NCBI GenBank assembly: GCA_016181985.1
Contig: JACOYG010000001.1
Location: 1-42,794, forward strand
From: Candidatus Nealsonbacteria bacterium
GTDB lineage: Bacteria; Patescibacteriota; Minisyncoccia; Minisyncoccales; MHMH01
Length of the DNA stretch: 42,794 bases
Reading direction: 5' to 3'
The notes beneath the pieces are model-generated. The model made no database searches. It was not told the origin of the DNA and worked only from the letters and a program-made list of their open reading frames with translations. Positions within the stretch are counted from its first letter, which is position 1. Every line of letters starts with the position of its first letter. The translations under genes were made by a program, and so were the position numbers. Shown piece after piece: positions 9,953-17,401 of this stretch.

Positions 9953-10087
9953 ATGTCATTCACTTATCAGCCAAAAAAGAAAAAAAGGAAAAGAGTCCAC
10001 GGCTTTATGACCAGACAAAGAACGAAGAATGGCAGAAGGACGATATCCAGGAGTAGAGATAAAAAGAGACGGCGGCTAGCGGTTTAA
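9953..10087 (+). CDS. rpmH: 50S ribosomal protein L34
   Basis: 44 aa ORF found by hand: MSFTYQPKKKKRKRVHGFMTRQRTKNGRRTISRSRDKKRRRLAV. Canonical position upstream of rnpA. Confidence 0.9.
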   Translation: MSFTYQPKKKKRKRVHGFMTRQRTKNGRRTISRSRDKKRRRLAV

Positions 10088-10091
10088 TTTT

Positions 10092-10165
10092 TAGGCGCTA
10101 GGGATTAGGGTTTAGCGTCTAGTGAGTTAAGACTAGACGCTAATTAACTAGACGCTAGACGCTAA
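10092..10165. repeat. TAGCGTCTAG-family repeat block A (rpmH-rnpA spacer)
   Basis: TTAGCGTCTAG (10112-10122) and CTAGACGCTAA (10133-10143) form a perfect 11 bp hairpin. Further CTAGACGCTA copies follow. Same motif set as blocks at 13419, 14618 and 15022. Confidence 0.8.
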
Positions 10166-10171
10166 TATTTT

Positions 10172-10516
10172 ATGCTGTCTAAGGAAAATCGTCTTAAAAA
10201 TACGAAAGAAATAGAATTGGTTTTTAAGAAAGGGAAAGGATTTAAGGCGGGATTTTTATTCCTTAAATTAGTCAGAAACGATTTAAAGACTAGCAGGTTT
10301 GCCTTTGTTGTGAGCAAAAAAGCCGTCCCGAAGGCCACGGATAGGAATAGAATAAAAAGACGGCTGAGGGATATAGTAAGAAGAAACGCGGCCCGCATAA
10401 AGGCGGGATTTGATTTAGTTATAATCGTCCAAAAAGGGATAGAGAGAGTAAAATTTCAGAAAATTAAAGAAGACGCGGAAGAGATTTTTAAGAAAGCCAA
10501 TTTATGGGATTTTTAG
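10172..10516 (+). CDS. rnpA: Ribonuclease P protein component
   Basis: 114 aa basic protein with the RNR motif region KAVPKATDRNRIKRRLRDIV. Conserved rpmH-rnpA-yidC order. Confidence 0.9.
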   Translation: MLSKENRLKNTKEIELVFKKGKGFKAGFLFLKLVRNDLKTSRFAFVVSKKAVPKATDRNRIKRRLRDIVRRNAARIKAGFDLVIIVQKGIERVKFQKIKEDAEEIFKKANLWDF

Positions 10517-11187
10517 GAGATATTTTTAATTTAATATTTTATCAGCCGCTATTAAAAGCGCTGATTCTGATATATAACTACCTCCCCGGCCATGACTTTG
10601 GCATCGCTGTAATTGTTTTGACTCTTTTAATAAAACTCGTTCTTTACCCCTTGGGAGCCAAGGGAATAAAATCTCAAAAAGCTCTTCAGGATCTCCAGCC
10701 AAAAATCAAAGAGCTCCAAGAGAAATTTAAAGACGATAAAAACAGGCAGGCCAAAGAAGTGATGGATCTTTATAGGAGGGAAAAGATAAATCCTTTTTCG
10801 GGATTTTTGCTTTTATTGATACAACTGCCGTTTTTGTTCGCTCTTTTCAAGGTTTTTGGAAATGGAGTTAAAGGAATGAGCGGAATCGATATGACTTTTT
10901 TAGGAACGATAAACCTGGCGCAAGCGTCGGTTGTTTTGGTCATACTCACAGGGCTGGCCCAGTTTTGGCAAGCAAGAATGATGAAACAGCCGCCTTCTTC
11001 AAAGAAGCAATCGGATTTTTCGAACATTATGCAAAAACAAACGATCTACTTTTTTCCTCTTTTTACCGTGTTTATCCTTTGGAAAATGCCTTCCGCTATC
11101 GCTCTTTATTGGCTGACGACAACGCTCTTTACAATTTTTCAGCAATATATTACACTTAGAAAGAATAAAAGCGATGTCGCAAACTAA
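10504..11187 (+). CDS. yidC: YidC/Oxa1-family membrane protein insertase (short form)
   Basis: 227 aa polytopic protein. Contains the KSQKALQDLQPKIKELQEKFKDD amphipathic loop typical of short YidC/SpoIIIJ, with conserved synteny. Confidence 0.85.
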   Translation: MGFLGDIFNLIFYQPLLKALILIYNYLPGHDFGIAVIVLTLLIKLVLYPLGAKGIKSQKALQDLQPKIKELQEKFKDDKNRQAKEVMDLYRREKINPFSGFLLLLIQLPFLFALFKVFGNGVKGMSGIDMTFLGTINLAQASVVLVILTGLAQFWQARMMKQPPSSKKQSDFSNIMQKQTIYFFPLFTVFILWKMPSAIALYWLTTTLFTIFQQYITLRKNKSDVAN

Positions 11188-11644
11188 CACAGAGAAAATT
11201 CAAGACATCATTAAGGAGTTTTTCAGTAAAACCGGAATTGCTCTTGAAGGGATAGAAATAAAAACTCCGCTCGATTCAACTATCCCCATTAATTTAAAAA
11301 TGGAGGAGCCTCAGACTTTAATCGGCGAAGGAGGGCAGACCCTCATGGAAGTGCAGCGTCTCTTGAAGATGGTTTTGCAGAGGAAAATTGCCTCGGACGC
11401 CCATTTTTATATCGACCTGGACATTAACGATTATAAGAAGAAAAAGACCAATTATTTGAAGGAAATGGCCAGATCGACCGCCGACGAGGTGTCTTTGGTT
11501 AAAAAAGAAAAATATCTGCCGGCAATGTCAGCTTACGACAGGAGGGTCGTTCATGTGGAGTTGGCCTCCAGGCAGGATATTGTGACCGAAAGCGTGGGCT
11601 ATGATCCGGAAAGAAAGGTGGTTATCAGGCCGCGGCTTCTTTAG
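11174..11644 (+). CDS. jag: Jag/KhpB-type RNA-binding protein (KH + R3H domains)
   Basis: 156 aa. R3H region LPAMSAYDRRVVHVEL. Follows yidC as in many bacteria. Confidence 0.8.
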   Translation: MSQTNTEKIQDIIKEFFSKTGIALEGIEIKTPLDSTIPINLKMEEPQTLIGEGGQTLMEVQRLLKMVLQRKIASDAHFYIDLDINDYKKKKTNYLKEMARSTADEVSLVKKEKYLPAMSAYDRRVVHVELASRQDIVTESVGYDPERKVVIRPRLL

Positions 11645-13418
11645 CCGCTTTTTTTATTTCTCTTAATTCTTTAACTTCTTCGGGGGCCGTGGTAATGAAT
11701 TTATTCTCGGCATCGGAAGCCACCACTTTTAAGGCGACATGTTTTTGTCCGGCGAAGAAAAGCCCCTCCCCCACCTGCGCGCCGGTGAGTAATTCTTTTT
11801 CCCAATCCGTCAGGTTGAATGTTTTTTGAACAACGCCGGCGGTTGAAGGGCTCTGTTTCATTAAAAATTGCAGAGAAGAGTTTGAAATTATCGGCTGGCC
11901 GTATTCCGATCTCATGAAATCGCTGACGTCCTGGGTGATTGTGGTCACTCCCAGCCAGTATTTTCTGGCCCTTTTGACTAATCCGAAAAGGAAAGACGCT
12001 CCGTCTTCGGAATGCATCAGCCACCAGGCCTCGTCAACCACCATAATCCTCTTTTTCAATTCGGAGCGTATTTTGTTCCAAATATAACGGGTGATGATAT
12101 ACATCGCCATGGGGCGCAACCCCTCTTCCATGTCTCTGATGCCAAAAGCCACGAAAGTATTATCCATTTTAACGGTAGACGGCTTATTAAAGAAATTAGC
12201 GTAAGTTCCTTTGGTGTATTTTCTGACGCGCCTTACCAAAGACTCGGTTCCTTCCATGGTGTTTAATACTGCTTCCATGTCGGACATTAAAGGCGGCTCG
12301 GCTTGAGAGAAATCTGAGGCAGGCGTGATATCTTTAGCCGCGTAAGTTTCGGTAATCGCCCGATCCATAATGGCATCTTCTTCGGGGGTGAGCCCGCCGA
12401 GCATTAAACGCATCAATCCTACCAAGTTGATAATATTTGACCTTAGTATGTCTTCGGGTTTTTCGTCTTCTCGCGGGATGGGCAAATCAAAGGGATTGAT
12501 ATGATGAGGGCTGGCCAGAGACATTTTAAAATAAGAGCCGCCGACCGCGTCTGATAATGATTCGTACTCGTTTTCGGGGTCGACAACAATAACATCCGTG
12601 CCCAGCATTAAAGAACGAAGAATTTCCACTTTAACGAAATAGCTCTTTCCGGAACCGGACTGGGCAAAAATCACCATATTGGCATTGGGCATGGAAAATC
12701 TGTCGAATAAAACCAAAGAGTTGTTGTGTTGGTTTATGCCGTAAAGAATGCCTTCGTTCGAGCTTAAGTCAAAAGAGACAAAAGGAAAAATACTGGATAA
12801 GGGGCCGGTGTTCATCGGCACATTGACGTCTAGCTGGTCCAAACCATAAGGAGAAGTTGAAACAAATCCCTCTTTTTGCTGGTAAAGAGAGGGCTTAATG
12901 TATATTAATTTTGATTCCAACATTGATCTAAGAGTGGTTTCAATGCTGTCCAATTCCTGCTCTTGGTCGGCGTAGACGGTCAAATAGAGCCCCAGCCTAA
13001 ACATTCTCTCTTGGGCAGTTTGAAGGCGGTCTCTTAGCTCTTCAATGTCCCTGTAGGCGGTTTCCAGGGCAGGATCCCTGACCAGGCCCTTGGATTCTCT
13101 TTCCATCAGCTCGGCCTGGATCTCCGTTACTCTTTTTCGCAGTTGTTTTAGAATCAAGCCGGCTTCAATGGGATGGATGAAAAAAGAGATATCCATCGGC
13201 ATATCTAAATTAATAATAGGAGAGAACCAGCCGGCCGTAAGATACCGAGGATAAGAGAAGATAAAATAAGAGCGGGCGAATCTCTCGCTTAATTTCAAGC
13301 TGGACTGATTTACTTCAATCGAAGCGGGCGCCACAATGTCCACCGCTCTGATCGCCTCGGTTTCAAAAATCTCTTCTTCCGGTATTTCTGTTTTTTTCTT
13401 TTTATTGAATAATTTCAT
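11625..13418 (-). CDS. VirB4/TraC/PrgJ-type T4SS ATPase, central + C-terminal (ATPase) part of a split gene
   Basis: 597 aa. Walker A AQSGSGKSY and Walker B RIMVVDEAWWLM. The N-terminal segment (APASIEV..YFIFSYPRYLTAGWF..DISFFIHP) matches the mid-region of Gram-positive VirB4 homologues. Confidence 0.85.
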   Translation of the reverse strand: MKLFNKKKKTEIPEEEIFETEAIRAVDIVAPASIEVNQSSLKLSERFARSYFIFSYPRYLTAGWFSPIINLDMPMDISFFIHPIEAGLILKQLRKRVTEIQAELMERESKGLVRDPALETAYRDIEELRDRLQTAQERMFRLGLYLTVYADQEQELDSIETTLRSMLESKLIYIKPSLYQQKEGFVSTSPYGLDQLDVNVPMNTGPLSSIFPFVSFDLSSNEGILYGINQHNNSLVLFDRFSMPNANMVIFAQSGSGKSYFVKVEILRSLMLGTDVIVVDPENEYESLSDAVGGSYFKMSLASPHHINPFDLPIPREDEKPEDILRSNIINLVGLMRLMLGGLTPEEDAIMDRAITETYAAKDITPASDFSQAEPPLMSDMEAVLNTMEGTESLVRRVRKYTKGTYANFFNKPSTVKMDNTFVAFGIRDMEEGLRPMAMYIITRYIWNKIRSELKKRIMVVDEAWWLMHSEDGASFLFGLVKRARKYWLGVTTITQDVSDFMRSEYGQPIISNSSLQFLMKQSPSTAGVVQKTFNLTDWEKELLTGAQVGEGLFFAGQKHVALKVVASDAENKFITTAPEEVKELREIKKAAKEAAA

Positions 13419-13499
13419 GTTTAGTGCTTAGTGAATTAGCGTCTAGCGTTTAGTGAATTAGCGTTTAATTCTAACTCACTAGACGCTAGACCCTAGCCG
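13419..13499. repeat. TAGCGTCTAG-family repeat block B, exactly filling the gap between the two VirB4 ORFs
   Basis: TTAGTGAATTAGCGT occurs twice in tandem, followed by the inverse unit AACTCACTAGACGCTAGA. TAG/TGA/TAA stops occur in every frame. Confidence 0.8.
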
Positions 13500-14159
13500 C
13501 TACTTTGCCAGTTCCGGAGGAATTTCAGGGTAATAGCCGACTTCGGCTTGCTTCGGGTGGTGCAAGCTCCAAAAAAGCTCAACAATCTCAGGCGTAGTCA
13601 AGGGCATGGCCTGAAGTCCGCATCTTCTTAACCCCAAGGCCACGAATTCCATTCTCTGCCATAATTGCTGTTTGGCCATCTGAAACTTTTCTTCGGTCAA
13701 AATGGGCAGCTGTGGCGTTCTTAAGAGCTTACCAGCATCGGCTCCTTTAGTTTCCAATAAAGTAAAAGGCACCACCACAAAAAAGTTTTTTGACATGATT
13801 TCTCCATATCTCCCGACCGGCGGAGCGCCCGAAACCACATCTTCGATAAATTTTCGGTACGCCGTAGTCTGGATTTTAAGAAGTTCGTTGGTTTGTTTCG
13901 CTTCCAGCGCCTTAATGCCGTCTATATAGCCGGTTATATTAAGCCGGCGCGATTGGATGATAATTTGCAAATCAAAATCCAGAGAATTTAAAAATTCCTG
14001 GAACTGATAAATAATGGAAGATTGCTCTTCGTCCGACTTTAAAGCGAAATTCAAAGAAGAAACCATCATAATGGCTCTCAATGCCTTGTTTTTCAGAATG
14101 GCTACGCCTTCTCTTATCTGTTCTATTTCCAAGAAATCTTGTGTGGATGAAACTTGCAT
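13500..14159 (-). CDS. VirB4 N-terminal domain protein (separate ORF)
   Basis: 219 aa. STQDFLEIEQIREGVAILKN..LNFALKSDEEQSSIIYQFQEFLNSLDFDLQIIIQSRRLNI follows the pattern of the first ~200 aa of Tn916-Orf16/PrgJ/TcpF-type VirB4 proteins. 219 + 597 aa equals a normal full-length VirB4. Confidence 0.65.
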   Translation of the reverse strand: MQVSSTQDFLEIEQIREGVAILKNKALRAIMMVSSLNFALKSDEEQSSIIYQFQEFLNSLDFDLQIIIQSRRLNITGYIDGIKALEAKQTNELLKIQTTAYRKFIEDVVSGAPPVGRYGEIMSKNFFVVVPFTLLETKGADAGKLLRTPQLPILTEEKFQMAKQQLWQRMEFVALGLRRCGLQAMPLTTPEIVELFWSLHHPKQAEVGYYPEIPPELAK

Positions 14160-14209
14160 AATGTTGAAATTGTTCGATTTGAAATTGTTCGATTTCGTAA
14201 ATCGAACAA

Positions 14210-14614
14210 TTAGTGTCCGACCTGGTCGGAAAGGTCTTTTAGCTTGCTCTTCCCCACCGCCGTGGGCACCGGGCTTTCTCTAATTCCCGCAGCTTCCGGT
14301 TTTTTAGCCTGGATTAATTTTAAAGGTGGCCCCACTTTTTTCTTCCAGAGATATATTTTGGGCCGCATGCGGTAAATAAAAATATTTTTAATGACTACGG
14401 GCAGGGGCCTGCCGTTGGATTTTCCAAAAGCCAATATGGCGGCGAAAGAAAAAATGACAAGCGACGCCATGATAAAGAAAAAAAAGTGTATGGTGAAATA
14501 AAGAACAAAGCAAATTGCCCCGGCTGTTCCGACATAAATAAACTGTTGAAAAGTCATGGGGCCTATCACCTTGGCCTTCTCCTCAATAAATTGTGGCACG
14601 GTAAATTGATCCAT
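14210..14614 (-). CDS. PrgI-family / VirB3-like small membrane protein
   Basis: 134 aa. N-terminal VPQFIEEKAKVIGPMTFQQF, then two TM helices, then NGRPLPVVIKNIFIYRMRPKIYLW. This is the layout and motifs of PrgI-like proteins encoded next to VirB4. Confidence 0.65.
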   Translation of the reverse strand: MDQFTVPQFIEEKAKVIGPMTFQQFIYVGTAGAICFVLYFTIHFFFFIMASLVIFSFAAILAFGKSNGRPLPVVIKNIFIYRMRPKIYLWKKKVGPPLKLIQAKKPEAAGIRESPVPTAVGKSKLKDLSDQVGH

Positions 14615-14617
14615 TAT

Positions 14618-14657
14618 TTTAGTGAGTTAGCGTCTAGCGTTTAGTGAGTTAGTGAAC
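14618..14657. repeat. TAGCGTCTAG-family repeat block C (left inverted arm of the four-helix-bundle cassette)
   Basis: TTTAGTGAGTTAGCGTCTAGCGTTTAGTGAGTTAGTGAAC. Its reverse complement resembles block D on the other side of the 14649-15017 gene, and it overlaps that gene's last codons and stop. Confidence 0.8.
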
Positions 14658-15017
14658 GGGCGGTTTATTTTCTAATTTATTAATTAAAACATTCAACATT
14701 TTTTGTATTTCTTCCAACAGCGCGTTAGCGGCTTGGGATTTAATATTCGGATATAATTCTTCGCCGATTATCAATTGCGTTTCCAGTTCGGCAGAAGAAC
14801 CATAGCTGATTCTCAAAAATTGCAAAAATTCTTTCCGATTTTTTCTTAAATAACCTTCGGCAATGTTCGAAGGGATGGATACTGCCGCCCGTCGCATTTG
14901 GTTTGATAGCCCGTAGGTTTCATCCTTAGGAAAGCCGCTCGTTAATTCGTATACTTTCTTAACTAAGCCAATAGATTTTTGCCATACCGTTAAATCCTTG
15001 TAAGATTTTAAATACAT
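14649..15017 (-). CDS. Four-helix-bundle protein (23S rRNA intervening-sequence protein family; Avd-like fold)
   Basis: YKDLTVWQKSIGLVKKVYELTSGFPKDETYGLSNQMRRAAVSIPSNIAEGY...SYGSSAELETQL is the family signature. ATG at 15017 preferred over the GTG at 15026 used by the ORF track. Confidence 0.9.
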   Translation of the reverse strand: MYLKSYKDLTVWQKSIGLVKKVYELTSGFPKDETYGLSNQMRRAAVSIPSNIAEGYLRKNRKEFLQFLRISYGSSAELETQLIIGEELYPNIKSQAANALLEEIQKMLNVLINKLENKPPVH

Positions 15018-15021
15018 AACA

Positions 15022-15085
15022 GTCACTAAACGCTAATTCACTAAACACCGGTTCACTAGACGCTGACTCACTAGACGCTAACTTA
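15022..15085. repeat. TAGCGTCTAG-family repeat block D (right inverted arm of the cassette)
   Basis: GTCACTAAACGCTAATTCACTAAACACCGGTTCACTAGACGCTGACTCACTAGACGCTAAC. Opposite orientation to blocks B and C. Confidence 0.8.
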
Positions 15086-15550
15086 CTACACAATGGGTTC
15101 ATGATAAACGTCTTTGCCCCGCGGCCTTGGCGGCTCCTCCCTTATTGGTTCTTCCTTGGCGGGAAGTGTCGTTGTTTTTTCTATTTCTGTTGGCTTGGCC
15201 TTATCGATTATTTGATTTTTAAGATCGTCCGCCATTTTTTGCGCTTCTTTTTTTGAGATGTTCAAACTTTTCCCTAATAATTCCGGCAAATCTTTAAATG
15301 AAATTTTACCTTCCACGCAATTCATGACTAATCCCGATATTTTAGTCCCGGGCAGATTTTCAAAGATTCTGCTTCTTTCGCTCGGGGCATTAAGACCGGT
15401 TGATTCAATAAATTTTTTAATACCCTCGTCTTGATCTTTTTGTAGTCCATATTCTTCCAGTAATTTGGTGATTATTAAACTGCTTTCTTCCGGAATGTCA
15501 AAATCTCTCGTTTTTTCTAAGATTTCATTATCGCTATTTTTGTTTATCAT
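15086..15550 (-). CDS. Hypothetical soluble acidic protein in the T4SS-like operon
   Basis: 154 aa ORF packed tightly between the VirB6-like gene and repeat block D. No TM segment and no recognisable motif. Confidence 0.55.
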   Translation of the reverse strand: MINKNSDNEILEKTRDFDIPEESSLIITKLLEEYGLQKDQDEGIKKFIESTGLNAPSERSRIFENLPGTKISGLVMNCVEGKISFKDLPELLGKSLNISKKEAQKMADDLKNQIIDKAKPTEIEKTTTLPAKEEPIREEPPRPRGKDVYHEPIV

Positions 15551-15559
15551 AACTTTATA

Positions 15560-17401
15560 TTAAACTTTCCACTTCGGGTTTGTCGACATTTTTTTGATTT
15601 GCTTTCCAAGGCCAATAGGAAGACTCGTGGCGTTGTTTAACGTTTTAAGAATCTCCTTTTTAATCTCGGGTTTTGCGTGCCGTGTTATATCCTCAAATTT
15701 TGCGTCATCTTCCAATATATGGACGACCACTTCGCTGTTTTGATATGCTTCTTTCTGTGTCTTTTCCAAAAGATCCTTAGTGGTCATTTTATCTAACGCC
15801 TCGATAATTGTTTTGCCTATTTTCGGAGCCAGGTCCGGTCTCCTTTCCATAATTTTATCCGGACTGACTCCCTTTCTGACCGCTTCCGCGATAAATTTTT
15901 CTTCATTTGCGCCGATTTTCCCTTCCTTGGTTATAATATCTATAATAGCCGCTATCTTACCGGAGCTGCGAGCTATTTTTTTAGAGTCTTCTTTTAACAA
16001 TTCGGCCTGCAAATAATTTCTTCTATCTTCAGTATCTTTTGGAGCCCTCTTAAGTATTCTTGCTTTATCTTCCGCAAGAGTAGCTTCTTCTATTGATCGG
16101 ATCTTGGCTTGGGCGATTTCGCGTCTCCTGGTCCATGCCCCCAGCTGGGATTGTTCTCTCGGCGTAATGGTGCCGGCTGCTTCCTTCGCCTTTAATGGCG
16201 TAATTATTCTCTCCGCCGCCTTAGCTCTTTCGCCTTCTTGCCATGTCCTACCTCTTAGCGTGGCTTGTTTCGCTTTTCCGGCTAAGTAGCCGGTGCCTCC
16301 AGATATTGCCATGCCCCCTAATTTCCAAAAGTCGTCCATTGCGGCCGGGCTCATTTTTTTAGCGATAGTTAAAGTAAAGACTAAATAAACAATCAAAAAA
16401 ATGAACTTCGAATAATCGGCAGCAAGATTAGTGCCCCTTATATTAAAAGCCGTTGCCGGAGCCACGGCAGCAAAAAATTTTAATCCCAAACCCATTACGA
16501 AAAAAACCACAACTCCCAAAAATGTCCACTGGAATAAGGCTCCGAGCCATTGGCGAAAATATTTTTGGGTTTGAGGCAGTATATAGGCCGCAAAAGCCAA
16601 GGGGGCCGAAACGGCTAATAACCAAATAATGGCTATTCTTAATAAAAACAACAAAGCATAGACCAAGAAAACGAGCCCGCCGACAATACTGAATGCCCCT
16701 AAAATAAATGTTTCGCTGAATGTTCCGAATAGGCCCTCTCCTAAAACTGCTGTGCCAAAAAATATCAAGCGCGCTACGTTGGCGAATGGGATTAAGGCGA
16801 CGATATAGTATGGCGCAAAAAACCAAGCGGCATACTCACCCACGGCTTTTGCTGCGGCTCCGGCCATTTGGCTGGCAATCGGTACCGCCATTCCGGCGGT
16901 TCCAAAAAAAGATTGCTTGAATGCATTTTGGACAACCCACCCCATATCAGCCACCATTTTGACCAAGAGTAAGCTAAAATTAACCAAGAGGGCTATGACG
17001 ATTAATCTGGGCAGGGCTTTTTTCATCCCAACATTTTCAGCTTTGAAGATGTAGGAGATGGCAATAAAAATAAAAATTAAAATAAAAGACATGTTTACCA
17101 GTCCGCTTGTAAAATGCCAACCGGCATTTACCAGGTCATTATTTAACCCTACGGGCAAGGATGACGCCCAATCCAAGAAGGCGGCTGAAAAAGAAATAAA
17201 GAATCCCCCCGCCAAGGCAAACATTAATAGATAAAAAAGCCAGGCTACGATCCGATCCAGAAAGTCTAGAGCGTCTAATTGCATTGAAGCCAGCGACGGG
17301 ATAACGTCAAAAAAAGCGTTGGCTTGCTGTAAACAAAAGAAAAGTCCAAAAAAGATAAGAAAAAAAACCGGAATTTTATTAAATCTAAAGATTTTCCTCA
17401 T
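15560..17401 (-). CDS. Polytopic membrane protein, VirB6/TrbL-like, with long charged C-terminal domain
   Basis: 613 aa. Signal-like N-terminus, about 8 or more hydrophobic helices over the first ~370 aa, then a Lys/Glu-rich soluble tail. The assignment rests on topology and position next to VirB3/VirB4-like genes. Confidence 0.55.
   Translation of the reverse strand: MRKIFRFNKIPVFFLIFFGLFFCLQQANAFFDVIPSLASMQLDALDFLDRIVAWLFYLLMFALAGGFFISFSAAFLDWASSLPVGLNNDLVNAGWHFTSGLVNMSFILIFIFIAISYIFKAENVGMKKALPRLIVIALLVNFSLLLVKMVADMGWVVQNAFKQSFFGTAGMAVPIASQMAGAAAKAVGEYAAWFFAPYYIVALIPFANVARLIFFGTAVLGEGLFGTFSETFILGAFSIVGGLVFLVYALLFLLRIAIIWLLAVSAPLAFAAYILPQTQKYFRQWLGALFQWTFLGVVVFFVMGLGLKFFAAVAPATAFNIRGTNLAADYSKFIFLIVYLVFTLTIAKKMSPAAMDDFWKLGGMAISGGTGYLAGKAKQATLRGRTWQEGERAKAAERIITPLKAKEAAGTITPREQSQLGAWTRRREIAQAKIRSIEEATLAEDKARILKRAPKDTEDRRNYLQAELLKEDSKKIARSSGKIAAIIDIITKEGKIGANEEKFIAEAVRKGVSPDKIMERRPDLAPKIGKTIIEALDKMTTKDLLEKTQKEAYQNSEVVVHILEDDAKFEDITRHAKPEIKKEILKTLNNATSLPIGLGKQIKKMSTNPKWKV

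Noticed and set aside
14649-15017. Diversity-generating retroelement, because the four-helix-bundle protein is Avd-like
   Set aside because: There is no reverse transcriptase ORF, and I saw no template/variable repeat pair anywhere in the window.
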